Origin: Eledone cirrhosa | Lineage: Eukaryota | DNA: 64,000 nucleotides | NCBI GenBank assembly: GCA_964016885.1 | Contig: OZ024740.1 | Location: 233,182,001-233,246,000 of the forward strand | Direction of reading: 5' to 3' | In this document: positions 43,445 through 63,768 of the stretch, piece by piece | How positions within the stretch are numbered: position 1 is the stretch's first letter | Layout of the letters: each line of letters starts with the position of its first letter | Made by a program: the position numbers and the translations under genes | Notes under the pieces: model-generated | The model's input: the letters and a program-made list of their open reading frames with translations, nothing else | Told to the model about the DNA's origin: nothing | The model's database searches: none

Positions 43445-44270
43445 TAGACGCGCCTCGTGGAGGTGAAATAGCGTATCGTTTTAGTAAAGCTTTAGACCAA
43501 ATGAACTTTAGGATTAAAGTAATAGAAAAACCAAGGGCTACCATAAAATCCCTGATTAGTAGGACCTACCCCTTTAGGAAAAAGCCCTTTACTAATAGAA
43601 ATTGTATAGTCTGTAAGATAAGCCTACAGATAAACTACAATACTAGAAATGCAGTCTATAGAATAAATCTACAGAGGCACAATGCAGAAACAAGACAACG
43701 ACTAACATTCGAGGGACAGCCCGTATAGAAGACAGATTAACGGGACACTGTTGAGAAATTGAGAAGGAGAAAAGCTCATCAAAGATTTACTAACATGCCA
43801 AACTATAACACGAGGGCTCAATAGATAACATAAAAATATAGATCCCATCCACACACAGAAGGGACGCAACACTCAGAAAAAGTATGGAGACCACACTCAT
43901 AAGAGTAGCTAGAAAAAGCTTGAACAGAAAACATGAGTGGAATAGACACATTCCACAACTTAATGACTGAAGACAGAATAGAGAGAAAAAAAAAGACACA
44001 AAAGCAAAACAGCAAAACAGCAAACGATACAACAAACACATACATAGGACAAACAGCAAACGATACAACAAACACGCATACACAGGACAAACACAAACAA
44101 ATACACACAAAGACACGGAGAGAAGATGCCGGTACAAACGCATGCTCAGACACGAAACACGTAAAACGCACCAAAAAATAAAGACAAGTTGTAGTAAAAG
44201 TTTAAGACCAGGAAAAAGAGAAGGCAAAAACCAGATAATCATTGAGGAGGTCACAGAATCCGATTTTTCA
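43445..44270 (+). pseudogene. Decayed 3' fragment of a PLE related to the 3984-6158 element
   Basis: DAPRGGEIA...IKVIEKPRATIKSLISRTYPFRK...CIVCK...TRNAVY parallels DATPGGKLA...IKVVEKPGTTIKSLISKTYPFKK...CIICK...TRNVVY. It is followed by a similar CA-rich 3' region. Confidence 0.85.
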
Positions 44271-45337
44271 ATATGAAGGTCATGGTAGGATTGTTTATTC
44301 ATGCATCAGTTTCGCTAGATTTGTGGAATGGGTTGTAAGTGCCGGTTGTTAAGTCTAGAGTTATATCTAAGAAATTTTACGTAGCGTGGTTTGTGTCTAC
44401 TGGTGACTCAAATTCAACCCTACAGAAGCGGGATATTAATTATGTATCATCTGAATATAGTGCATGCTTATCACAATTCATGGAGAGTGCTACCTTATCG
44501 TCTCTGTATAGACCGACAGTATTTTGAGGGTATATGGTCTTCAGTAGGTGTAGCGTATATAAACCTAACAGATCACACATATCTGCACTGTCATATGGCA
44601 CAATCGAGACCTCAAACAGGTTTTCTGATTCAGAAATTTATATCCCAAAGAAATTAGCTAATGAAGAGCAGTCTCTTGCGAGCATATATAATTAAATTTG
44701 TTACATATTAATTTAGAGTAATGAATCTGCATGCGAGCTATAATTACTTAACTAGGTGTTGCATTAATATCTAGGAGAAAACGCTCACCGCATCAAAATG
44801 AGTGAATTTAAACTCAGGCTTAGAAGTTTATTTCTTGATTAAGACAACCATAATGTGCTTTTGTTATACTATAGTTTTTTGCAGCGCTTTATATAAAATT
44901 ATTTGTTTATATCAGAGCGTGAATGATATGTTAAATATATTTTAATGGAACACGGCATGAGTAAGAATGTTGTAAGCGCAGGGAGCGCTGGGAAACCACT
45001 CTAATAATTTTGGATTCAAGCCAGCACACTCGCAGCGTTACCTTGGGTGATGGCGAGGCTGATGCGCTGGAATAACCAAGCGCACTCACGACCTTCACTA
45101 GTTACCTCTATTAGCGGAGCCGCCACAGGCTGGAAAATGTAGTGAGCCGACAGAACACGGTATTTTAGGATTTTGTATATGCATAGTCCACACGTTACCC
45201 TATAAAATACAATTTTGTAACGTTCGAGTTTTTACACATCATATAATACTTATCTATTCAATCTATGTATAACCCGAAATGTATAAATAACTGTCTATAC
45301 ATAGCTCTAAATAAAGTGATATACATAAATACATATA

Positions 45338-45415
45338 CGAGGTGTGTCAGAAAAGTTCCAGGACTGTCACAAAAGATATATTTCAAACCCAAACTTCACA
45401 CTAAGAGTTTTCTCC
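45338..45415 (+). mobile_element. Solo left end (TIR) of the mariner family at 8258
   Basis: ta-cgaggtgtgtcagaaaagttccaggactgtcacaaaagat...cacactaagagttttctc. Confidence 0.85.
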
Positions 45416-45654
45416 TTCATACATACATGCATGCAAACATACATAATACATGGTGGCTGCCAACTCGTTTTCGAGTACAGCCACTACTTTATATCCATGT
45501 AGGAGAACCCCTACCGATGCGCTAAACAAGTGTGACTTTTTAGTCCAGCCAGCGACTTGAAAACTCTGGTACAAACACTACACCTGTGACAATTATTGAC
45601 ACATAGTGCTGGGCCCATGGCACCATGTGACGACAAGTGCAGAGAGATCTCCAG

Positions 45655-46003
45655 ATATAAAGCAATGCCTGTGCCGTGAAGCTTTTATAGTGAGCAAAGG
45701 CACTACACAAAGCCAGTCCCACTCTCTTAACCAAGATGATATTTACCAAAAAGAAGAACAAGTCAACATCATTGGATACCATCAGGGTTGCAGGTGATTT
45801 ATCAGAGTTTTCCTTCTCCTAGAATTCTGCCCTGACAAAGGCTAAGGGGTCATCTCTCTCGGTGATTTTGGATGGCCATTGACTCTTAAGAGCTCCTTTG
45901 CCCTTTGAGAGGTTTTGTTTTTAGTCCTGCAGGATGACCAAAGTCACCCTCCTCACAAAGAAACCTTGGTGGGGTTGCCAGTTTAGTCACCAACGACCCG
46001 ACC
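45655..46003 (-). mobile_element. RTE 5'UTR-related fragment (same family as 505-1140)
   Basis: The reverse complement matches 562-700 and 930-1132. Confidence 0.7.
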
Positions 46004-46915
46004 ATATATACATACATAGTTTAAAAAATGAGATATGTCTATATATATATATGTGTGTGCATATAGACGTGTGTGTATAAAAGCGCTCCTCATGTCATGT
46101 AGAAAGAAAACATGCTATCAAGACACCACATTCCATGTAACCTGTGTTCCCACACATAAAGAAAATGACCATAATAATCATCTACCACTATAAATAATTG
46201 TTTCTACTTTTGGCACAAGACCAGCAATTATCCCAGTGTATTACTGGTGTTTTATTTTATCGACTCCGTAAGGTTAAAAGGCAAAGTTAACCTCGACGAG
46301 ACTTGAACTCAGACTGTAAAGGATCATAACTCTATGCTGCAAAGCATGGTGTCTGACCGTCTACCGATACTGACAATTCACTGACCTTTAATAATATTTT
46401 TTCAAGGGGCGCTAAAGTGAATCCGCCACCCTCATAAATAACAATGGAGAAAATCCTTGAGACGGAAAAATCAACTGATGCGGATATCAAGCGCATGCGT
46501 TAACCACGGCGGCAAACACCGTTGTCCACCAACTCAAAGCGGTTGATTTAAGTGGATAAGCATTTCACAAAAGCCTGCATCCTTAACGTAGTTCTCAGGG
46601 ATATACAGCGTAATACAATATTTGACAAGGCTGGCCCTCTCAATATAATACAACTCATTTGTGAAAGTTTATTGGAGGGAAACAACGTGAAATAAAGCGT
46701 TCAACTCAAGAACACCACGCGCCCCACCCATTCCAGAGATGAACATAATGTATATATTCATATATGTATATATATATATATATATTTTTTTTGTTCTGAT
46801 GATTCCCTTCGAATGAAACAGTTCTCGTCCTGTAGAAGCCATTTATATATTAAATATTTATACTCTACTATATATTGAGTACATTACTTACTGAGGTTAC
46901 ACCAGATTGAACCCG

Positions 46916-47045
<130 letters not shown>

Positions 47046-47176
47046 TAAGATATGGTAAAATCGAAGCTAGACCATTACTCAACAGAGTACTCGTTACTTG
47101 GGGTAGCACAGTGGGTAATATGAAAAGATTCAGGATCCCGACGGCTGAGCTCCGGCCGTTTCGACAGCTTGATCCG

Positions 47177-47211
<35 letters not shown>

Positions 47212-47393
47212 AACAAGTAGAACCCAGACGGCTGAGCTCAAGCCGTTTCGACGGCTCAGTCCAGAATTAGCCGTCGAAACGGCTTGAGCTAAACCGCCGG
47301 GGCCCTACTTGTTCCTATTACCCACTCTACTACCCTAAGTATTGAGTACTTTGGTGCGTTATGTTCCACTGGTTCCTTACCACATTTCCTTCG

Positions 47394-47426
<33 letters not shown>

Positions 47427-47821
47427 AAAACTCGCACACAAATATATATACGTGTACATGTCTGTGAGTGGGTGTGTGCGTGCATGTGTGTATGCGTATG
47501 GCTGTGTTTTTGCTTATGCCTGTTTATATTACGTACCAGACATGCTCCAGTATATGCCCCAGTATATGGGTGATAATGCTCGCAACGTGTCCCTTGCGAC
47601 TTGCCCCGAGATGTCCGCCACAGATACAGCACGGCTGTAGTCGCATAACTCAAGCCTGTAGTCGCATGACTCGAGCCTGTAATGGTATATTCGTCTCTGT
47701 GTTATGTGTGTGAGAGTGTGTGTGTTTGTAATTATATCTATACAATGAAACAATTGTTAATACTGTAAATAAAACCCTTTTTGTACAGCCGACCGTGTTA
47801 TTCTTCAATCCTCTTTCAGTA

Positions 47822-47883
<62 letters not shown>

Positions 47884-48000
47884 AACCGTAGAGCAAATAT
47901 TTATTAAATTAACAGATTTAAGTTAAGGGTGAAAACAGCGATTCTTTGCTTAAATTTTAATCTGTTATTTTAATAAATATATACATATATAAATAAATAT

Positions 48001-48037
<37 letters not shown>

Positions 48038-48081
48038 TATTTATATATGTATATATTTATTTTTATATATATATATATATG

Positions 48082-48137
<56 letters not shown>

Positions 48138-48219
48138 TATTTATATATATATATATATATGTTTATTTATATATATATATAATTATATATATATATATAT
48201 TTATTTATATATATATATA

Positions 48220-48258
<39 letters not shown>

Positions 48259-48423
48259 TTATTAAAATAACAGATTAAAGTTTAAGCAAAGAATCGGTTC
48301 TTTCACCCTTAACTTTAATCTGTTATTTTAATAAATATTTGCTCGACGGTTCTTATATATTTGATATATATTTATCCTCATCGAGCCCTCTTTGGATTTT
48401 AGTCTTCAAATTTATTATTACTA

Positions 48424-48509
<86 letters not shown>

Positions 48510-48826
48510 GAATATGTGTGTGTATGTAAATTGTCATTTTCCCTCTATATCGAGATGGTATGCATTACTACGTGTTGTGATGATGAATAAATCATTTCAC
48601 GTTCCTTTGTCCTGTGCTATCAATATGTAGTATGGAGCGCTGTATCGTCTGTCAGTGTTATTTAAATTCATCGTTCATCTCTACAGATGCGCTATCTTAG
48701 GTTAACTGTAAGATTCTATTACTTACGGCACAAGGTGTAAGGGAGATAATAACGGTAATCTTTATAATTATATACATGCGTATATTATACATGGAGATAT
48801 ATATATTTATATATGTATATTATACA

Positions 48827-48990
<164 letters not shown>

Positions 48991-49100
48991 GTAATAATAA
49001 ATGTGAAGACTAAAATCCAAAGCGTTTCAGAATATCCCGTCAAGGATGAAAAGCACCGATTCTTTGCTTAAACTTTAGTCTGTTATTTTAATGTATATAT

Positions 49101-49415
<315 letters not shown>

Positions 49416-49447
49416 TATAACCTTCGTTTTGTGTAGTAAATTACACT

Positions 49448-49522
<75 letters not shown>

Positions 49523-49800
49523 TATATATATATATATACATTTTAATTCGGCTACCCGGACTAGCAACTGCTAATATTTGGCTGCCTTCTCGTCTTGGGC
49601 ATTTCTCTCTACTTTTCAGCCCCCTTGGATTGTGTCTATTATTATATTCCTTTGCTAGATAAATACCGGAATACCTGACGATGTCACCGGATTCATATTG
49701 AACCTGGTCATTGGAATGTTCATAGTATAATAAAACTTTAAAGAATTACACAAGTATAGCCTCCTGTCATTTTATAATATATATATATATATGTGTGTGA

Positions 49801-49860
<60 letters not shown>

Positions 49861-50036
49861 TTATATATTGGTAAACGGAATAGAAAATGCTGACAAATTG
49901 TTCACAGTTGAAAAATGGTTTAATTAGGAATAAAAGAGTATTAGTGATTGTATGGGTTTGTATTCAGTTGTGGTTTTAAGTTTTTAAGTTTTTACCGGTT
50001 GCGCATTATATACATATTTATATGTGTGTGTGTACA

Positions 50037-50067
<31 letters not shown>

Positions 50068-50141
50068 GTATACTTATATATATATATATATGCATATATA
50101 TATACATATATTTATACATATATGTATATATATATGTCGTT

Positions 50142-50217
<76 letters not shown>

Positions 50218-50351
50218 GTTGAACAAGACACTTTATTTCACGTTGTTCCATCTACCTGGAGTTGCGACCGATACATAATACTAGCAACTGGAAAGAGCGA
50301 CGAAAAACATTGTTTCCTCGGTCCGATTTGACGATTGTCGATCAATCCTTT

Positions 50352-50649
<298 letters not shown>

Positions 50650-50814
50650 GTGTATCCACGTGTATCCCCTCTGCTTATTTCCTCGCCTACTAGATATTAA
50701 CACTTCTAATATTTAACACTGCAGGCAGATGTATTGAGCACGTTTTGCATATGCTATTGGCAAATAACTACATGTATCGCCTATCTCTTCTTCTCTCTTT
50801 CGATACTTAAACAT

Positions 50815-50853
<39 letters not shown>

Positions 50854-51164
50854 GAGTTGTTAAGACGTGGTTTCTTCACCATGGAATAGCAGTACCGTTG
50901 GTAGGGGTCGAAACTGCCCAAATCCATCTAAACGGCTGATGACCATGTGACCATGGAGTTCTGTGTCCTTCGTTTGTATTTTTATTTTTTTTTATTTTTA
51001 AAGGTTTCCCCTTTTTTTCTCGTTTTGTTTTGTTTCCATTCGTTGTTTTGTTCTCTCTTTGTTGATTTTCTTATGTTTATATATATATATATATATATAT
51101 GTTTATACCACAGTAAGTAAGGTACTCAATACAAAGCAGAGTATAAATATTTAATATAGAAATG

Positions 51165-51213
51165 GCTTCTACAGGACTATAACTGTTTCATTCAGGAGAA
51201 ATCATCAGGAAGC
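51165..51213 (-). ncRNA. Hammerhead-like motif in a short PLE-end fragment (related copy at 46796-46840, plus)
   Basis: Minus strand reads gcttc-CTGATGA-tttctcctgaat-GAAAC-agttata-GTC-ctgtagaagc. Confidence 0.55.
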
Positions 51214-51236
51214 ATATATATATATATATATATATA

Positions 51237-53606
51237 TTAGAAAGTGAGGGTTTTTTACAAAATGAAAAATAACCGAGGTGTCCTACACGAGTGAAAGTAT
51301 AAAGAAAAAAAGATGAAATCGAAAATGCAACTGGAGTCTTATTTTTTTTAAAAAATATATATATATTTATTTGGTTCCTTTACCGGTTTCGCAGTTCTTC
51401 TGCTTTTCAAAAGTAGAGTTGAGATGGAGGGTCTGTGGTTTTTCTCACATCTGGTTGGTCTTTGAATCTTATTTGTTTTATATGGAAAAAAGTGGCTCGA
51501 AACGCCAGGTTTTTAGGGAAATAATTTGATTGGTTGGTCAATAAGTATAATAAATTTCGCGCCACATCGCGTTACAAAGTTCATCGAACAAGGGGGGGGG
51601 GGGGGGGGGGGGGGGGGCTCAGGTTGTTTTTTCATATATGAGTGTTTGAATTTCTTTTTACTTAAAAAAAGGAGGCTCACGAAGGCTTTTTTTTATAAAT
51701 GTAATTTGATTGGTTATAAATGAAATTATGGCTCTCACGTGAACAAGTTCATCAAATGTCGCGCACGTATTTGGGAATTTATTTTGTAGCCTTTTAGAGA
51801 ATTTCATGACAAACAAAAGATAATGGTCAAGATAATGGTCAAGAGAAATGGGATGGGAGAATTGTTCTGGTTCAGTGAATATAGCAGTTTGAATGCAACA
51901 CGTATATATTTAAATCAGGACAAAATGTTGCTGTAATAAATCACTTCACTTGCTCATCAAAAAATCTGATTTATGCCATTAAATGTAAAGGATGCAATGA
52001 AGATTATATAGGACAAACTAAACTCACACTCAGAAACAGAATGACAGTTCATCGCCAACAATTACGAGATCCAACCACGAGACAGATACCACTAAGCGCA
52101 CATCTAAACATATGCGCAAGTAATAAAACACCCAAATTCCATGTCTTCCCATTTTACATTTGTGCTGACAATACAACAGAACAAATACGAATAAATAAGG
52201 AAAATATGGTTTAATATACATTATGTCAACACTATAACATGCTAACCATCAAAACAGAGACATACACACACACATAACACCTTCTACTTTAGAAAATAAA
52301 AACCCGAACTAAATAAACCTTGACATACGTTTGCGCTGACAATACAACAGAACAAATACGAATATGTAAGGAAAATATGTTCATTCAAAAATATTCCTAC
52401 TAACGGAATCATTTTCCTACACACACACACACTCACACAATATATATTCTCTTCATCTTAATATGCTAACCATACTCCCACACACACACATAACATCCAT
52501 ACACACACATAACACCCTCCACACACACACATAACACCCATACACACACACACACATAACACCCATACACACACACATATAACACCCACATACACACACA
52601 CAACTCCCTCCCCCATTTCTACTAATAGAATCATCTTCCTATACACACACACACACACGCACACACACAAGCACACAAATAAACATACATATCTTTACTT
52701 TCTTTATTTCAATTGAAAATCTGAATTCTGACACCCCAGCGAACCAGTCATATTCACTGAACCAGAACAATTCTCCCATCCCATTTCTTTTGACCATTAT
52801 CTTTTGCTTGTCATACAATTCTCTAAAAGGCTACAAAATAAATTCCCAAATACGGGCGCGAAATTTAATGAACTTGTTCATAATTTCATTTATAACCAAT
52901 CAAATTATATTTATTTAAAAAAAAAGCCTTCGTGAGCCACACTTTTTAAAGTAAAAAGAAACTTAAACAAACTTACGCGAAAGCTGATATACTTATTCAG
53001 GTGACTACATCAACCGACCAAACTTCACTCATATATGAAAAAATAACCTGCTATATTCACTGAACCAGAACAATTCTCCCATCCCATTTCTCTTGACCAT
53101 TATCTTGACCATTATCTTTTGTTTGTTATAAAATTCTCTAAAAGACTACAAAATAAATTCCCAAATACGGGCGCGAAAATTATTGAACTTGTTCACGTGA
53201 CAACCATAGTTTATAACCAATCAAATTACATTTATAAAAAAAGCTTTCGTGAGCCCATTTTTTTAAAGTAAAAAGAAATTCAAACACTCATATATGAAAA
53301 AAACAACCTGAAGCCCCTCCCCCTTGTTTGAAGAACTTTGTAACGCGAACTGGCGCGAAATTTATTATACTTATTGACCAACCAATCAAATTACTTCTCT
53401 AAAAACCTGGCGTTTCGAGCCACTTTTTTCCATATAAAACAAGTAATATTCAAAGACCAACCAGATGTGAGAAAAACCACAGACCCTCCATCCCAACTCT
53501 ACTTTTGAAAAGCAGAAGAACTGCGAAACCGGTAAAGGAACCAAATAAATATATATATATTTTTTTAAATAAGACTCAAGTTGCATTTTCGATTTCATCT
53601 TTTTTT

Positions 53607-53612
<6 letters not shown>
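51237..53612 (+). mobile_element. Truncated PLE: GIY-YIG remnant between ~570-bp inverted repeats
   Basis: 51933-52214 translates VINHFTCSSKNLIYAIKCKGCNEDYIGQTKLTLRNRMTVHRQQ (not in the ORF track). 51298-51883 is the reverse complement of ~53051-53612. A third copy of the end lies at 59526-59785. Confidence 0.85.
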
Positions 53613-53645
<33 letters not shown>

Positions 53646-54972
53646 CATGTCTGTAATTATGTTTTTCCTGTGTCTGAAATTACCTACCATATGTTTGCAG
53701 TTCGATAAAGTGATCAAGGGAAATTATTACCTTGAAGAATTAAGAACTTGGCTCTGTATGGCCGATTAACTTAAGGTGGTGCTCCAGCATGACGGTGTAA
53801 TGACTGAAAGAAGTAAAAGAATGTTTACATCCCATTTACTTCCCTTTTCAATCACATTACTTTTGAGGTCCATCCTTTTATTTTTCATTATACTAACATT
53901 ATACTAAAGTCCACATACTCCCTCCTTTCTGCCTTTTCTGCTTTCTACCTTCTCCTTTCTACCTTTCTCCCTTCTCTTTCTGCCTTTTCTGCTTTTCTCT
54001 TTATCTCATATAACTATTAGTTATTGATTAGCTTCGATCGAGTAGATCTATGAAAGGAACAGTTCCACCTTTGATCAACTGCCGTGCATAACAAGTAACC
54101 TGTTGACCAATGTCTCCTTCCATTTTAAAAACTGTCGTGTGTGTGATTTGAAAAATATTTCGTTGCTATATATAGTATTTTGGGTGACCGTTCTGAGACT
54201 GACATGAGCCTGCTACTATACGTTTCTGCAAATAGCAGGGTTTGTGTTTATGTGTATATTTGTGTGCATGCGTGCGCGGGTTTGTATGATTGCATTTTTC
54301 ATTGCGTTCATATCGGTGTTAGAGTTTGTCTATATATTGATGTTTTGTGTGTTTTAAAGGGTACATTTGACCACTGCATTTACGATGGGATTCGAAAAAA
54401 TAAATGATTTTAAGACGAAATATGAACAATATATGTATATGTGTTGTTAGTCCCAGATTTCAATGAGAGAATCTATTCTTAATGAAAGGATTTGCAGCCG
54501 TGTTCATAATGCATTTAACATATCAGTAACTATATACTTATGTAGTATGGACTTATCAGTGGTTAAGAAGTTCTCTTTATAATCAAGCATCGCATCTTGC
54601 GTGTCTTTCTAACAATCCTTTTGAATCAACTCATGTATGTCCGTCGGATGAACTGCTCTTGCAATCAAATGGTCCAAATTTGTCACATTTTGTGTCACGC
54701 TTAATTGGCTTGAGAATTACGTGTCTGTGGAATACTCAATTCCGTATACGTTCATGGATTGAAGATTCAGTTGACCGAATAACCGAATGCTCATCGTCGG
54801 GAGAGATGGAGAATCTATCACGTATGCAGTAACTTGCACGGATTGATTTGGAACATAAATTCTTTCAGGAAGAAATATGCGTTGTTCACTATATAACTTA
54901 ATCGTTGATGAAAGGTTCTGTATCTGTCTTCTGTTTTTGTATCATGGACTGCATAACACCTTTTAAAGACCG

Positions 54973-59508
<4,536 letters not shown>

Positions 59509-60040
59509 TATATATATATATATATATTAGAAAGTGAGGTTTTTTTTACAAAATGAAAAATAACCGAGGTGTCCTACACGAGTGAAAGTATAAAGAAAAA
59601 GAGATGAAATCGAAAATGCAACTGGAGTCTTATTTTTTTTTTTAAATATATATATTTATTTGGTTCCTTTACCGGTTTCGCAGTTCTTCTGCTTTTCAAA
59701 AGGTGAGTTGAGATGGAGGGTCTGTGGTTTTTCTCACATGTGAGAAAAACCACAGACCCTCCATCTCAACTCATCTCTTTTTCTATATATATATATAGAA
59801 ATGTGGTAAGGAACCAGATGGACCATAACGCACCAAGTGGGTAATAGGAACGGGGTCCTACTCGTTCCTATATATATATATTTATATATATATTTAGGTT
59901 TGTTGGTTCACCACTGGATAGAATTGGTCATTCCGTATGGTCAATCATGATGTAATATTATGTAGAGTACTCAACGTAGTGCAGTTCACCCGTCTACGTT
60001 TGTGTAGTTGATAGTGCTAATACGGAGTTAATTATTACAA

Positions 60041-60303
60041 ATAAAATAACAGGAGGCTGGAGTAGTGTAAATCCTTGAAAAGTTTATTATACTATGATCA
60101 TTTCAATGACCGGGTTCCGTATGAAACCGGTAATATCATCAGGTATTCGAAATGAACATATAATTGAATATATAATTCCATTGTTATATTTCGAATACCT
60201 GATGATATCACCGGATTCATACGGAACCCGGTCATTGAAATGATCATAGTATAATAAACTTTTCAAGGATTTGCACTACTCCAACCTCCTCTTATTTTAT
60301 TTA
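60041..60303. repeat. Fold-back of a hammerhead-bearing PLE end (family of 9690-9940)
   Basis: Arms ~60041-60151 and ~60188-60303 are reverse-complementary. Confidence 0.88.
60195..60252 (+). ncRNA. Type-I hammerhead ribozyme (mirror copy on the minus strand at ~60087-60145)
   Basis: atac-CTGATGA-tatc-accgg...ccggt-catt-GAA-ATGATCAT-A-gtat. Confidence 0.8.
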
Positions 60304-60699
60304 TATAAAGTGCCAGTTAAACTTTTCTGATATCTTTAGTTATAAGACATAAGCTATGCTTATATATTTCCACACAAAGGTGCATTAGTTTAACGATATA
60401 TCAGAAAAGTTTAACTGGCACTGCTGTCAACACGGAGGGAAAATAGAGAAATTGAGTAGTGAGAGAAAGGGTTCAATAAAACGCTTGTTGCAGTTACAAT
60501 TGTAAACATATGGAACTAAGGCTTCTGCTATTTCATTGCTCAAAGGGATACTGACATGTGATGCAATGTTAAATTAAATATTTAAGAGCAGGAAGTTTAA
60601 GATGGATATCGAAAGGCAGTGATAAAATCTGAGGTGTTTCCTCCATTACATTTGCCTAACGAAATTTCATATTTCGTCTTTCTGCTGACAACATACTTT

Positions 60700-60851
<152 letters not shown>

Positions 60852-61061
60852 AGAAAAATGCTGCTGTTACATAAATCGTTTATTCATTTCATAATAATTA
60901 TTTCAACGGTTCACTTATGTAATCCATGATGTAACTTATGAATTTGTTGTTGTTTTGGGACCGTTATCTTCAGATGAAAATCCGAATTTGTGATATGCCG
61001 CAGACAAAAAACGCGTCCTTCTTCTCGTGTGCCCGGATGACATATACGTTCTTAAAGGGTC

Positions 61062-61179
<118 letters not shown>

Positions 61180-61381
61180 ACGAAGGAAGTGTGGTAAGGA
61201 ACCAGATGGACCATAACGTACCAGAGTACTCAATACGTAGAGTGGGTAATAGGAAAATGTTTAACTCCGACGGGAGAGCTCAAGCCGTTTCGACGGCTAT
61301 TTCTGGACTAAATTAGAATTTAGTCCAGAAATAGCCGTCGAAACGGCTTGAGCTCTGCCTGCCGTCGGGGTTAAACATTCT

Positions 61382-61440
<59 letters not shown>

Positions 61441-62981
61441 CACGGACCGGATTTCCTTGAGCAAGACACTTTATTTCACATTGCTCCAGTTTACTCAGCT
61501 GTAGAAATGAGATGATAGGACTGGGGTCCCTATCATTCCACTGCAAAGTGGTCGTGGAAGTGCCACGGCAAAAAAGCACCCAGTCCATACTGTAAAGTGG
61601 ACGTGTAGGTGCCACGGCAAAAAAAAGCACCCACCACTCACTGTAAATGAGGTTGGTGTTAGGAAGGGCATCCAACTGTAAAAATCAAGCCAATTGTTGT
61701 TCTTGTTTTGTACGTTAGCCCCAGATCAGCCGTCTCTAAACAGATTCTAACCATGGACATTCACGGGCATTATGTATATAGAACTACATTATCCAATGTC
61801 TTTTTTTTTTCAGTTCCACAGAGTATAATTTGAGGCTGACGTGTCTGTCACTATATTAGGTTGCACAACTACTTAGAGGTTCTCTCATAGACGCAACCAT
61901 AGTGTTTTTAGTGGTCAGTGATAATTATGGTGGCACGAATAACAATCATGCCGATAGAGTTCATTGTAGCGGCCTACTGGCTGTAATGGTGGCTATATCG
62001 ATGTAATTAGTGATTTGTTCTGTACTCCCAAGTCAGCTCAGAACAAGCACGAGAAATTAATCGAATGTTTTGGCACCTCACGTAGGTCTATTGTTTAGTG
62101 TTCTTAATGTGGGTATTTGGAGTGTTGGTGATACTGCTTGTTGAACCCAATATTCATCCTGATCGATCAGATCTATGAGTAAATGAATTCAAGACGTGAC
62201 CTATCCTCACTATTTTTTTCTTTAAAAAAAAATTATGTCCTGGACTATATTATTCAATGTCATCTTTCCTTCCGAAAACAGGAGTGATTTGAGAGAGATT
62301 TTGCTGCAATTTTCAGCAGGTCAATCGACCAGGTAGTTGGTTGTAAGTTTTGGTCTATGTGAAGTATGTGTCCATGTAGTTGTCGCGTAGTAGTAGTAGT
62401 AGTCAGTAATATTTGTGAAAGTATTGGTGGTGGTAGTGTTGTTAGAGTTAAAGTTTGTAAGGATTTTTGTTAGTTGGTATAATAGTAGTAATGATGGCGG
62501 TAATTCTATTGTGGCTAATGGTGGTAAGTGTGTTGTTGTAGAAGAAAAGGCAAGAATTCACATCTCTTTCTACAAGCAAATAAATAAACAAAATACTGAA
62601 GTGTTGAGATAGACCAAACAAGACCACTGGAGCCAAACCGCTATCTCATTTAGTATATCGCAACGTTCGCCGTTTTGTCTTCGCAGTTTCGGCGCTTCAT
62701 TTAGATTAGCAAGTACATCTAAACAGAGCAGATGGCTTGGCTATCCGAGCGCTGTTGGCTTGCTGTCTTGCTGGCTTTCGTTAAAAGCAATTTGTGAGAT
62801 CTGTAGCTTTCACACATTACAACCAACTCCATTTTAATGTTTAATTCGTTAATGGAGTCGACTTATCATCGATAATTTTGAGTAAAGAAAACCATTTGGT
62901 TACCGAAACTATGTGTTCAGGTGAGGGATAAGGCATCTATTTACACCTGGGTTTCATATCATGTTGCTTTGCTCTTCATGT

Positions 62982-63069
<88 letters not shown>

Positions 63070-63628
63070 TATATATATCATACCCTTTCTACTATTACTC
63101 CTAGTACTACAGACAACAATGACACTGATTTAATGGAAAATTTAAAGCACTATGAACATAGTGATGTCGAGGAGGGTAATGATGATGGTGTTGTTAGTAG
63201 TGCTGCTAATGATGATGATGATGATGATGATGATGATGGGGAAGGAGGGCGTAGATGGGATGGTGGTGGTGAGTTGGAGGAGGAGGAGGAGGTGAGATAA
63301 TGTCTAAAGTTTCGTACAATGGTGCTTTGACAGAATAGCAATGTAATGGCGTGTGGAAGTAAATAAGAAGTGAGTAGGCTCAATGGTGGAGACAGGAAGC
63401 TGATAAGCAGGTAATCGAAGAGATTGAGAGATGTAGAGATTGGGTATATGTTAAGAAAGAAGACCGGTGTATACGTGGAGGGTATAAGAGTCAGCGTGAA
63501 GAATGAAACATTAACCGTTAGAAGTGTGATTTCTGTGATAGCTGGTGGAAGTAACGGCTAGTAAGTAGTATTATGTTATTATGCTAGTTAACTAATCATT
63601 TCCTTTGTATATATATATATATATGTAT

Positions 63629-63684
<56 letters not shown>

Positions 63685-63713
63685 GTATGTATATATGTAT
63701 ATATATATATGTA

Positions 63714-63767
<54 letters not shown>

Positions 63768-63768
<1 letters not shown>

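Noticed and set aside
47480-47822. Possible solo LTR (internal short repeats, AATAAA)
   Set aside because: There are no clear TG...CA termini or TSD.
50905-50965. GAAAC...CTGATGA permuted hammerhead
   Set aside because: There are no convincing stems I and III.
62630-62930. CpG-richer unique stretch with cag|gtgagg donor-like site
   Set aside because: There is no ORF, acceptor or other support for an exon.
63150-63560. Possible 5' fragment of a Neptune-like PLE (resembles 36850-36960)
   Set aside because: It is low-complexity purine-rich sequence, and the similarity is too short to support.
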